33,642 bases of DNA from Thermoanaerobaculia bacterium (GTDB lineage: Bacteria > Acidobacteriota > Thermoanaerobaculia > Multivoradales > DATKCC01): assembly GCA_046538065.1 (NCBI GenBank), contig JBKHJP010000003.1:1-33642 (forward strand), in the 5' to 3' direction. The translations under genes and the position numbers were made by a program. Shown here piece after piece: positions 19,876 to 30,335 of this stretch (position 1 is its first letter; every line of letters starts with the position of its first letter). The notes beneath the pieces are model-generated. The model ran no database searches. It was given only the letters and a program-made list of their open reading frames with translations, and had not been told where the DNA came from.

Positions 19876-20247
19876 TCAAGCGCGTTGTCCGGTGCGTGCC
19901 GCCGACGACTGCTCGCCGGCCACCAGGGACTCGATCAGCTCCCGGTCGTCCCGGCTGATCCGGACGAACTCCACTCCCACCTCGTGCCCCCCGGAGGCCC
20001 GGCTCTTCTCCCAGACCACGCGGCTGTCGGCTTCGACCACGTCGCCGCCCAGGGCGATCAGGACCTGCGCCAGCGAACCGTAGCCCAGGGGCTTGCGGCT
20101 CTCGAGCATGCACCCCCCTGCGCCCAGGACGCGGGCCCTTGCGAAGTCCTCGAACGGCTCCTGCATGGGTTCCGTGGTCAGGCGCCGGACCAGGGCGGCG
20201 CGGGTGACACGGGCTCTCGGGTAGCGGCGCTTCGCTCGGAACGGCAT
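19876..20247 (-). CDS. PilZ domain protein (123 aa)
   Basis: ATG at 20247 with a GGAGGAG RBS. KRRYPR, GAGGCML, SRVVW and VGVEF motifs. Confidence 0.8.
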   Translation of the reverse strand: MPFRAKRRYPRARVTRAALVRRLTTEPMQEPFEDFARARVLGAGGCMLESRKPLGYGSLAQVLIALGGDVVEADSRVVWEKSRASGGHEVGVEFVRISRDDRELIESLVAGEQSSAARTGQRA

Positions 20248-20394
20248 GGCTCCTCCTCCCACGGCGGGGCGTGGCTCGGTTTGTATAGACAATTCCAAAT
20301 ATACCATGAGCGGGACGGGCGGGCCTCCCGCCGGCCGGGAGTAGACTGGGGCGGTCGGGGCATCGGAGCCACGGAGCCGACGAGGAGGAGAAAG

Positions 20395-21228
20395 ATGTCT
20401 GAGAGGCCACGTCCCCTGAACGGCTTCGACGAGGCGGACCGGGAGCTGGTCGCCGCCCTCCGGAGCGACGAGCCCGACGTGCGCTCCTACGCCCTGGGGG
20501 AGGTCCACGCCGTGGTGGGCGACGCCCTGGCCCGGGAGCTCCTGCGCTTCGCCCGGGACGACGGCCGGGATCCGGAGGAGCGGGGCCGGGCCCTCATCGC
20601 CCTGGGGCCTGCCCTGGAGGAGGCGAGCTTCGAGGAGGAACCGGACGGCTCCCTGTCTTCGGACGTCCCGGACTGGTGGGCCGCGTCCCTGTCCGACGCT
20701 GCCTACCGGCACGTCCACGACGAGCTCCGGAAGATCTACCACGACGCCGCCTTGCCGAAGCTGGTCCGGAGGCGGGCCCTCGAAGCGGCCGTGCGGGCGC
20801 CCCGGGATTGGCAGCGGGAGGCCACGGCTGCAGCCTGGCGCTCCGGCGATCCGGAGTGGCGCCTGACCGCGGTCTTCGCCATGGCCTTTCTGGGCGGGTT
20901 CCGGGACGAGATCGTCGAGGCCTTCGGAAGCGACGATCCGCTGGTGCGGCGCCAGGCGATCCGGGCCACGGGGCTTTCGGACGAGGCCGCCGGCGCCCTC
21001 AGAAAGGCGATTCTGGCCCTGGCGGCGGACCTGGGCGCTGAGCGGGAGGACCGGCTGGCGGCGATCTGGGCCCTGGGGGAAGGGCAGCCCCGGGGCGCCC
21101 GGGACCTCCTGGAGGACCTGACCGAGGACCGGGACCCGGAGATCGCCGAGGCGGCGGAGGACGCCCTGGAAGAGATCCGGTTGTTCTCCGGGGTCGTACC
21201 GGACGACCTCCTGGACGAGGCCTGGTAG
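20395..21228 (+). CDS. HEAT-repeat protein
   Basis: ATG at 20395 with a GAGGAGG RBS. Repeats of the type SDEPDVRSYA, SDDPLVRRQAI and DRDPEIAEAAEDAL. Confidence 0.8.
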   Translation: MSERPRPLNGFDEADRELVAALRSDEPDVRSYALGEVHAVVGDALARELLRFARDDGRDPEERGRALIALGPALEEASFEEEPDGSLSSDVPDWWAASLSDAAYRHVHDELRKIYHDAALPKLVRRRALEAAVRAPRDWQREATAAAWRSGDPEWRLTAVFAMAFLGGFRDEIVEAFGSDDPLVRRQAIRATGLSDEAAGALRKAILALAADLGAEREDRLAAIWALGEGQPRGARDLLEDLTEDRDPEIAEAAEDALEEIRLFSGVVPDDLLDEAW

Positions 21229-21297
21229 GGGCGGCCCCGGCGCTCGTAGGGTGCGATCGTCATCGCACCGTGGGCGGCTGGTCAGGTGACCGGTGCG

Positions 21298-21320
21298 ACC
21301 CCTCGGCTGCGCTCGGGGGA
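21298..21320 (-). repeat. Second REP-like unit
   Basis: The minus strand reads TCCCCCGAGCGCAGCCGAGGGGT, the same CCGAGCG..CGAGG core as 1933-1969. It lies between convergent genes. Confidence 0.35.
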
Positions 21321-21335
21321 GCCCAGGGTCGCGCG

Positions 21336-22934
21336 CTACAGGAGATCGGCGGCCTGCAGGGCGTCCAGGGCCTGCCGCAGGGAGGCCTTCGGCGGGCCCG
21401 ACGTGTCGATGCGCCGGAGGGCCTCCGCCGTCTCGCCGGCGGGCGCCTCCCAGCGGTCGGCGAGGGCCCGGTAGACCGCCCAGTCGGCGTCCGACGGGTC
21501 GGCCCCCGGGGCGGTGGCCCGGGCCTCGAGCCGCCGGCGCACCTCCTCCGGCGGCGCCTCGCAGGCCAGGATCAGCGCCTGGACTCCCCACGCCCGGGCG
21601 GCGTCCAGCACCTCGCGGCGCCGGGTCTCCTCCCGAAAACCGGCGTCCAGCACCACCCGGCGCCCCTCGAACACCAGGGCACCGGCCCGCTCCAGGCAGG
21701 CCGCGTAGGTGCGCTCGGTCCACTCCGGCGTGTAGATGCCCCGGTCGACGCCGGCGGGCGCCGGGGCCTCCGGGTCCAGCCCGGCGAGCTCCTTGCGCAC
21801 GGCGTCGGAGGCGATCCGCACGAAGCCGGCCCGCTCCTCCAGGTTCCGGGCCAGGCAGCTCTTGCCGGTTCCCGGCAGGCCGGCGGTGAGCACCAGGCAG
21901 GGCCGCTCCGCCGGCGGCGCCAGCAGCCGCAGGGCCAGCAGGAAGTGGGCCCGGGCCCGCCGCAGGGCGTCTCGGCGCTGGGCCTCCGGGATTTCCTCCT
22001 CGTCGGTCTCCAGGCTTTCCACCTTGCCCCGGACGACGGCGCGGTAGGCCTCGTAGAAGGCCAGGAACTCCCGGCCGTCGGGGTCGGCCGCCGCCTCGAA
22101 GTAGGCGTCGGCGAAGGCCCCGGCCAGGTCCCGGCGGCCGGAGAACTCCAGGTCCATGGCCAGGAAGGCGGCGTCGGCCACCGTATCGGCGCACCGGAAG
22201 CGCTCGCTGAACTCCAGGCAGTCCACCACCACCAGGTCGTCCGGCGGCTCGCGGTCCGGAAAGCTGTAGACGTGGGCCAGGTGGAGGTCGCCGTGGCCGT
22301 CGCGCACCCGGCCCCCCTCGGCGCGGGCCTCGATCCGCGAGCGCCGGGCGGCCAGCTCTTCCTCGGTCAGGCTGCGCAGGCGCCCCCAGACCGCCGGGCT
22401 CACCGTGGTGCCCCGGAAGCGCTCCGTCTGCTCGAAGTTCTCCCGGGCGTTGGCCGCAACGACCGGAAAGCGGCCCCAGCGGGCGATCTCCGGGCCGGTG
22501 TCCGCGGCGTCGTGGAAGGCGGCGATCCGCCGGGCCACCAGCTCCACGGTGGCCCGGTCCAGGGCGCCCCGGGCGACCATGGCCCGCAGCGTCGCCTCCT
22601 CCGGCAAGCGCTCCATGCGGACGGCGTACTCCACGGCCCCGCCGCCGCCGCCCACCTTCACCCCGGAATCCCACCGGGCCACCGGCACGACGCCCAGGTA
22701 GACCGAGGGCGCCAGGCGGCGGTTGAGCAGCACCTCCGACTCGCAATCGGCCCGCCGGGCCTCCAGGGTGGTGAAGTCCAGGAAGCCGAGGTCCACCGGC
22801 TTCTTGATCTTGTAGGCGAACTCACCGGCCAGGAAGACCACCGACGCGTGGGTCTGGACGACGGTGACCTCCCCGGCCGGGTGAGGGTAGGCGCCCGGGT
22901 CGGACAGGGCTTCGATCAGCTCGTCGAGACGGAT
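21336..22934 (-). CDS. Bifunctional aminoglycoside-phosphotransferase-like / AAA_33 P-loop kinase (Rv2004c-like)
   Basis: QTHASVVFL, AYKIKKPVDLGFLDF, RDGHGDLHL, DCLEF and GLPGTGKS motifs. Homology extends upstream of the track start (22841) to an ATC codon at 22934. Confidence 0.85.
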   Translation of the reverse strand: MRLDELIEALSDPGAYPHPAGEVTVVQTHASVVFLAGEFAYKIKKPVDLGFLDFTTLEARRADCESEVLLNRRLAPSVYLGVVPVARWDSGVKVGGGGGAVEYAVRMERLPEEATLRAMVARGALDRATVELVARRIAAFHDAADTGPEIARWGRFPVVAANARENFEQTERFRGTTVSPAVWGRLRSLTEEELAARRSRIEARAEGGRVRDGHGDLHLAHVYSFPDREPPDDLVVVDCLEFSERFRCADTVADAAFLAMDLEFSGRRDLAGAFADAYFEAAADPDGREFLAFYEAYRAVVRGKVESLETDEEEIPEAQRRDALRRARAHFLLALRLLAPPAERPCLVLTAGLPGTGKSCLARNLEERAGFVRIASDAVRKELAGLDPEAPAPAGVDRGIYTPEWTERTYAACLERAGALVFEGRRVVLDAGFREETRRREVLDAARAWGVQALILACEAPPEEVRRRLEARATAPGADPSDADWAVYRALADRWEAPAGETAEALRRIDTSGPPKASLRQALDALQAADLL

Positions 22935-22950
22935 CGCGCCCTCCCCGCCC

Positions 22951-23352
22951 TCATTGCAGGGACGGCTTGTTCAGGGCGGAGGCGACGCTCCACTTGCCGG
23001 CGCCCTTGGCCGCGATGAACAGGAAGAGGAAGCAGTAGAGGACCGCCTTCTCCCCGTCGTTGCCCAGGGGATTCAGGAAGGAGCCCTGGGGGACGTGGGC
23101 CATGAAGTACGCCACGGCCATCTGGCCGGAGGCGAGGAACGCCGCCCAGCTCGCGAACAGTCCCACGAGGATGAGCAGGCCGCCGAAGAACTCGATGATG
23201 CCGGCAAGGCCCATGAGCGAGGCGATCTCCTGCTGCTGCCCGCCCAGGACGCCGAAGAGCTTCTGGGCGCCGTGGAGCGTGAACATGTACCCCGCCACGA
23301 TCCGCAGCAGGGCGTAGATGGGCTCAGAGAACTTCCCGAGAAACCTGGTCAT
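22951..23352 (-). CDS. DoxX family membrane protein
   Basis: LLRIVAG..F.LHGAQKLFG, IEFFGG, GQMAVAYFMAH and GAGKWS motifs. Confidence 0.9.
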   Translation of the reverse strand: MTRFLGKFSEPIYALLRIVAGYMFTLHGAQKLFGVLGGQQQEIASLMGLAGIIEFFGGLLILVGLFASWAAFLASGQMAVAYFMAHVPQGSFLNPLGNDGEKAVLYCFLFLFIAAKGAGKWSVASALNKPSLQ

Positions 23353-23500
23353 GGTATCTCCTCTCGATCCTTGGGCAGAAGGGCCCGGTCCGGGACTGAG
23401 GTACGGCTCCAGGTCGGGTCCTGAGTCCGGGCGCCGGCATTCCGGCGGCCGGGTGCCCGGATGGACTGGGAACTCGCGGAGGATGTTAGCAAACCGGCTC

Positions 23501-24883
23501 TCAGCGCTCGTTGAGGCCGTGCTTCTTGAGGAAGTAGGACATGTTGCGCTCGTCGATGCCCAGCATCTCGGCCGCGCGGCGGCGCACGCCTCCCGCCCGG
23601 TCGAGGGCCGTCTCGAGGAGACGGCGCTCCTCCGCCAGGAGCGAGGCCCGGAGGTTGAGGTCCGGAGCGTCGGCCGGGGGACGGGCCACGTCCTGGGGCA
23701 GGCTCCGGGCCCGGAGCCGGTCTCCGGTCTCCAGGACGGCGCCGCGCTCCAGGACGTTCTTCAGCTCCCGGACGTTTCCGGGCCAGGTGTAGGTTTTCAG
23801 GGCCTCCAAAGCGTCCCGGGCGATCCCCCGGAGCGGCTTTCCGAGCTGGCCCGTGATCTCCCGGAGGAAGGCCTCCGCCAGGATCGGGACGTCGTCGCGG
23901 CGCTCCCGGAGCGGCGGGAGGTGGATGGTCATCACGTTGATCCGGTAGAACAGGTCGGCCCGGAAGCGGCCCGAGTCCACCTGTCCCGCCAGGTCGGCGT
24001 TGCTCGCCGAGATCACCCGGACGTCCACTGCGGTGGGCCGGCTGTCGCCCACCCGTTCGAAGCGTCCGTCCTGGAGCACCCGGAGGACCTTCGCCTGGGC
24101 CACCTGGGGCAGGGAGTTGACCTCGTCCAGCAGCAGCGTTCCCCGGTGGGCCACCTTGAACCGGCCGACCCGGTCGTCCAGAGCGCCGGTGAAGGCCCCC
24201 CGCTTGTGGCCGAAGAACTCGCTTTCGAAGAGCTCCGTGGGGATGGCGGCGCAGTTGACCGGTACGAAGGGGCCGGAGGCCCGGCGGCTCAGGCGGTGGA
24301 TGTAGCGGGCCACCTCCTCCTTGCCCGTCCCCGACTCGCCCAGGAGGAGGACCGCCGTGTCCGTGGGGGCCACCATCTCCGCCATCTCCAGGACCCGCCG
24401 CCAGGCGTCGGTCTCGCCGAGGGGCCGCCGGGTGCGCTCCCCCGGGGGCGGCGCCGCGCTGGCGCCGCCGTTCCTCAGGAACTCGAGCTCTAGCTCCAGG
24501 CCGCTGCGCCCCAGGGTCCGCTCCAGAACCACTGTCAGCTCGTCCGGGTCCACGGGCTTGAGCAGGTAGTCGGCGGCCCCGAGCTTGAGGCACTCCACGG
24601 CGGACGACACGGTGCCGTGGCCGGTGAGGACGACCACCGGCAGCTTCGGCTCCGCCTCCGCCAGGTGCTGCAGGAGCTCGACGCCGTCGCGCCCGGGCAT
24701 CTTGAGGTCGGTGACCACGGCGTCGACCCCGTCCAGGCGCTCGGTGTCCAGGGCCTCGTCGCACGAGCCGGCGGTGCGCACCGCGTAGCCGCGCCGCCCC
24801 AGCAGGGTCGCCAGGGACTCCCGGACGTAGGTCTCGTCGTCCACCACGAGGACCGTGGCGAGGGGACGGTCAGTCGAAGGCAT
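23501..24883 (-). CDS. Sigma54-dependent response regulator (NtrC/AtoC family)
   Basis: REC domain, GESGTGKE, GAFTGA, FRADLFYRIN, WPGNVREL and a Fis-type HTH. Confidence 0.95.
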   Translation of the reverse strand: MPSTDRPLATVLVVDDETYVRESLATLLGRRGYAVRTAGSCDEALDTERLDGVDAVVTDLKMPGRDGVELLQHLAEAEPKLPVVVLTGHGTVSSAVECLKLGAADYLLKPVDPDELTVVLERTLGRSGLELELEFLRNGGASAAPPPGERTRRPLGETDAWRRVLEMAEMVAPTDTAVLLLGESGTGKEEVARYIHRLSRRASGPFVPVNCAAIPTELFESEFFGHKRGAFTGALDDRVGRFKVAHRGTLLLDEVNSLPQVAQAKVLRVLQDGRFERVGDSRPTAVDVRVISASNADLAGQVDSGRFRADLFYRINVMTIHLPPLRERRDDVPILAEAFLREITGQLGKPLRGIARDALEALKTYTWPGNVRELKNVLERGAVLETGDRLRARSLPQDVARPPADAPDLNLRASLLAEERRLLETALDRAGGVRRRAAEMLGIDERNMSYFLKKHGLNER

Positions 24884-24991
24884 GGCTCACTGGATGGTCG
24901 TAGGGGGCGCCTTGGCGCACCGGATCGCAGGGTTCGGGCCTGCCGGGCAGCCGGACCCGGAGGCCAGGGCGGACGGTTCGGCAACCACCGA

Positions 24992-25158
24992 GCTCCGGCC
25001 CGGATGGGCCCGCAGGGGAACGTCGAGGCCGGTGCTCCGCCCACTGGTAGCTGAGGCCGCGTACGCTACACGCACCGGCCGAGCCGAGGCGAGCGCCGTC
25101 CGCCCGGGCCACCCCTGAGCGCGAGCCGGTTCCCCGGCGGGCTCCTCCGGGCCGGAGC
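24992..25158. repeat. Nested palindromic element (about 170 nt), MITE-like or structured RNA
   Basis: Outer stem of about 30 bp: GCTCCGGCCCGGA-GGGCCCGC-GGGGAAC / GTTCCCC-GCGGGCTC-TCCGGGCCGGAGC. Inner stems GGCCGGTGC/GCACCGGCC and GTAGC/GCTAC. Confidence 0.7.
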
Positions 25159-25182
25159 GGTGCCCGTGCTGCGCCCATCGAG

Positions 25183-26811
<1,629 letters not shown>

Positions 26812-27024
26812 AAGACGTATGAGAGCCGGAAAACCCCAACTTTATGGATGATATCGGCCTGTGGTCAAGGCTGATCCCCGGGTTCGGCGGGGCCTTGGGA
26901 CGTAGTCTCTATGAGGACGCTTCCGGCGGATCGGGGACGGCCCGGGCGGTGTCGCGCCCGGCAGAGGCCGCCTCGGCGGGTGTTTCCGGGATTCGGGACG
27001 GAGCCCGCCGGCCCGGTCCCGCCC

Positions 27025-27039
27025 TGGCATCCGCATTGC
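27025..27039 (+). promoter_or_regulatory. Sigma54 (-24/-12) promoter
   Basis: TGGCATCCGCATTGC has the GG-N10-GC spacing and points toward the DHOR gene, divergent from the sigma54 two-component system. Confidence 0.65.
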
Positions 27040-27315
27040 GGGGGATTCGCCCATGCAGGATGAGCCCCGGGGGAGGTGTGGGTCCTCGCCTTCCCCGGGC
27101 CCTTTTTCAGGGCGAAGAGGTTCGGGGTTCCCCGCCTGCTCGGCCTTCCAAGCGACGACCGGCCAAGGCCAGCCCGCCGCCCGGGGCGCCGGGGAGGCAG
27201 CCGGTGAGCGTGACTGTCCCGACTTGAAGACAAGACAGCACTACGAAGACTAGGAAAGGGCGTCATCCACCCAGCGCGGCAGATCTGATGGGTCGATCCC
27301 AGGCCTTCGCCTGAG

Positions 27316-27435
27316 CTCCTCTGGAGGGACCGATACCTCCGCATTCCGATGTCGAGACGGGCGGGAAGGCGTCCCGACCCGGACGGGGGGCGTGTTGCTT
27401 CCCACTCGACGGAGTTTAGGAATTCGGCAAGGAGG
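27316..27435 (+). ncRNA. Candidate cis-regulatory leader RNA, copy 1
   Basis: Hairpin, three-way junction and RBS-proximal hairpin, with pairing conserved against 31697-31813 despite sequence change. Confidence 0.5.
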
Positions 27436-27439
27436 AACC

Positions 27440-29560
27440 ATGAGATCGAGAGGCCTGTCTCTCTTCGTCTTCGCGGGGCTGCTCGCGTTCGCCGCACCGA
27501 GCGCAGCGCAGCTCGCGGAATGCGACCAGATCAACATCGACCCGGCCGACGTCCCGGGTGGGTGCATCGCCCGGACGCTCGAGGACCAGATCGGCACCGG
27601 GCGGGGTGACGAGTTCACCGAGAGCTCGTCCATCTACCTGATCAAGCGCGACCCCGCGCGCTCGGTGCGCCGCGGCCGGCAGCTCTTCCAGCGCAAGTTC
27701 ACCCGGGACGAGGGCCAGGGTCCGCGGGTCAACTCGAGCTCGACCGGCGACCAGGTGACCAACCGCGCCCTGGGCGCCGGCCTGTCGGACAGCTGCGCCG
27801 GGTGCCACGGCCGGCCCCGCGGTTCGGCCGGCCACGGCGGCGTGGTCAACACCCGGCCGGACAGCCGGGACGCCCCGCACCTCTTCGCGTTGGGAATCGT
27901 CGAGCAGCTCGGCGACGAGATGACGGCGGATCTGCGGGCGATCCGCGACGACGCCATCGAGGATGCCGAGAGCGGGTCCGGCGTGATCCTCGAGGAGGAC
28001 TTCGAGGACGGCCTCGGCGGGTTCGTCTACGAGGACGACGTCTTCGGCACCAACAACCCGGAGTACGCCGACGGAGACCTCTACTTCTCCTCGAACCAGG
28101 ACGACACCGTGATCCGGGTCGACCTCGGCAACATCGACGACGCCGACATCTTCGGCATGTCGGGCGGGTTCTCCCAGAGCTTCACGCTGGAGACCGCGGA
28201 CACCCTGACCGTGAGCCTCCTCTTCGAGCTCCGGCAGTCGCCGGACTACGAGTCGGACGAGTACTCCGAGGCGATCGTGCGGATCGGCGGGGAGGAGTTC
28301 CTGCTGGCGCGGATCTTCGGCAACGGCAACGGCGGGAGCATCCGGAGCACCGGGATCACCGCCATCTCGTTCGACGTCAGCCTCGACGCCGGGACGCACA
28401 CCCTCACGGTCGGCGGCTTCAACAACCAGAAGACGCTGAGCAACGAGCTGACCAGCATCTTCTACAACGACATCGTGGTCGAGGGCAGCGCCGGGCAGCC
28501 GGTGGTCCGTCCGCTGGACACCAAGGGCGTGAACTTCGGCTCCATCACCGCGTTCTCCGACGGCACCGTGGACACCTCGGAGGTCGAGGGCGTCGACGAA
28601 GATCTGCGGGTCAAGCCGTTCTTCCACCAGGGCGGCACCATCTCGATGCGCGAGTTCATCGTCGGGGCCCTCAAGGCCGAGATGGGCCTGGAGGTGCCGG
28701 ATCCGGTGCTGTGCGCCGCCACGGACCCGGTGGATCCGCAGAAGGTCACGAGCCCCGCCGGCTTCGTGTTCGACCCCGCGGAGGACTCCTTCGAGCGGCC
28801 GCCGGTGTGCGACGAGCTCGAGGACGGCGACGGGGACGGCGTGACGAACGAGATCGACGCCGCCCTGCTCGACCACCTGGAGTTCTACCTCCTGAACTAC
28901 TTCAAGCCGGGCCAGGGCCGGACGACGGGCTTCACCGACTCGGGGCTGGAGGTGATGGAGCAGATCGGCTGCACCGAGTGCCACGTCCAGGACCTGACGA
29001 TCGACTCCGACCGCCGCGTGGCGGACGTGGAGACGGTGCACGACCCGGTCGACGGCATCTTCAACGAGCTCTTCGCCACGGCGTCGACCCTCTTCGAGAC
29101 CGTCGACGACGGGGAGGAGTTCCCGAAGCTGCTGCCGAAGGGCGACCCGTTCGTGGTGGAGAACTTCTTCTCCGACCTCAAGCGGCACGACCTCGGTCCG
29201 AAGTTCCACGAGCGGGACTTCGACGGCAACACGGTGACCCACTTCGTCACCGAGCCGCTCTGGGGCGTCGGATCGACGGCGCCGTACGGCCACGACGGCC
29301 GGTCGATGAACCTCGACGCGGTGATCCGTCGCCACGGCGGCGAGGCCCAGGAGGCGCGGGACGCCTACGTCAGCCTCGGCGAGACCGATCGGCTGGCGGT
29401 CCAGGCGTTCCTGAACACGCTGATCCTGTTCCCGCCGGACGACACGGCGTCGAACCTCAACCCGGGGGACCCGGACTCCACGAACCCCCAGGATCCGGCC
29501 AACCACGGGAGCATCAACCTGGGGGCGCTGTTCCAGATCGACTCCGAAGGGCCTGAGTAG
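27440..29560 (+). CDS. Secreted di-heme oxidoreductase (DHOR / thiol-oxidoreductase-like), copy 1, with a 172-aa inserted beta-sandwich domain
   Basis: AAGGAGG RBS and signal peptide. CAGCH and CTECH heme motifs, RDAPHLF, FSDLKRHDLG, TEPLWGVG, PYGHDGR and IRRHGGEA. Confidence 0.85.
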   Translation: MRSRGLSLFVFAGLLAFAAPSAAQLAECDQINIDPADVPGGCIARTLEDQIGTGRGDEFTESSSIYLIKRDPARSVRRGRQLFQRKFTRDEGQGPRVNSSSTGDQVTNRALGAGLSDSCAGCHGRPRGSAGHGGVVNTRPDSRDAPHLFALGIVEQLGDEMTADLRAIRDDAIEDAESGSGVILEEDFEDGLGGFVYEDDVFGTNNPEYADGDLYFSSNQDDTVIRVDLGNIDDADIFGMSGGFSQSFTLETADTLTVSLLFELRQSPDYESDEYSEAIVRIGGEEFLLARIFGNGNGGSIRSTGITAISFDVSLDAGTHTLTVGGFNNQKTLSNELTSIFYNDIVVEGSAGQPVVRPLDTKGVNFGSITAFSDGTVDTSEVEGVDEDLRVKPFFHQGGTISMREFIVGALKAEMGLEVPDPVLCAATDPVDPQKVTSPAGFVFDPAEDSFERPPVCDELEDGDGDGVTNEIDAALLDHLEFYLLNYFKPGQGRTTGFTDSGLEVMEQIGCTECHVQDLTIDSDRRVADVETVHDPVDGIFNELFATASTLFETVDDGEEFPKLLPKGDPFVVENFFSDLKRHDLGPKFHERDFDGNTVTHFVTEPLWGVGSTAPYGHDGRSMNLDAVIRRHGGEAQEARDAYVSLGETDRLAVQAFLNTLILFPPDDTASNLNPGDPDSTNPQDPANHGSINLGALFQIDSEGPE

Positions 29561-29593
29561 GCACTCCGGAGCGTCGTCCTTTGCGTGACGACG

Positions 29594-29639
29594 ACCCCGT
29601 CCGGCCCCTCGACTCCGAGGGGGGCCGGACGGGGTTTTT
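29594..29639 (+). terminator. Rho-independent terminator
   Basis: ACCCCGTCCGGCCCC / GGGGCCGGACGGGGT stem followed by a T-run. Confidence 0.85.
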
Positions 29640-29759
29640 CGTTTCGGCAGAGAGCTGCCGACCACCCCTGCTCCCGCGGCGTTCTTCGTCGCAGCTCCGG
29701 GGGGGGGGGGGCTGTGGTCGGGGGGCACCGGCACCGGGCTTCCCGCCGGAGCCCGGTGG

Positions 29760-30335
29760 CTACGGTGCGGCGGATTCTCCGCGGGCCTGGGCGGCGACGG
29801 GACTCGGCCCGGTGTCGAGGGCCTCGGGCGGGGCGGGGCTGTACCCATCGATCCGGAAGTGCCACGCCCCGGCGTCGTCCCGCTCGGCCACGGTGATGAA
29901 CTTCCCCACGCTGTGCCCGGCGGATTCGCCGCTCTCGGCCGGCGGAGTCGTGGTCAGCGAGTAGTACCCCACGTCCACCGCCATGTCCTCGCGAACCGTG
30001 CGGTCGACGACGTCGAAGGCGAGCTTCACCACCACGTCGTTCTCCGCCGCCCACCCAAAGAAGCCGGAGAAGCTCTCGCGCACCGCGCCGCGACCCTCCA
30101 GGATCCCGCCGGAGGGCGGCAGGTACAGGGCCTCCTCGGCGTAGAGGCCCGCCAGCTCGTCCAGGTCGAGGTTCGCGTAGGCGGCGCTGAAGCGCTCGTA
30201 GAGGGCGTCCAGCCCGGCGGCCGCGCCGGCCTCACCGGGGTCGCCCTCCGCCGGCTCCGGCGGCGCCGCGCAGGACGCGAGGACGGAGCCGAGGAGGAGC
30301 GGGAGGAGGGCCAGCGCGCAGTTCGAAGGTCTCAT
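29760..30335 (-). CDS. NTF2/SnoaL-like (DUF4440/YybH) lipoprotein
   Basis: Lipobox LASC, LYAEEALYLPP..GRGAV, AVDVGYY and GKFITV..R...GAW motifs. Confidence 0.85.
   Translation of the reverse strand: MRPSNCALALLPLLLGSVLASCAAPPEPAEGDPGEAGAAAGLDALYERFSAAYANLDLDELAGLYAEEALYLPPSGGILEGRGAVRESFSGFFGWAAENDVVVKLAFDVVDRTVREDMAVDVGYYSLTTTPPAESGESAGHSVGKFITVAERDDAGAWHFRIDGYSPAPPEALDTGPSPVAAQARGESAAP

Noticed and set aside
27977-28495. Insert in DHOR copy 1 as an intein
   Set aside because: No terminal His-Asn followed by C/S/T and no Hint-domain motifs.
29699-29711. G13 homopolymer as a phase-variation tract
   Set aside because: It is intergenic between convergent 3' ends with no promoter or CDS to switch, and may be a sequencing artefact.
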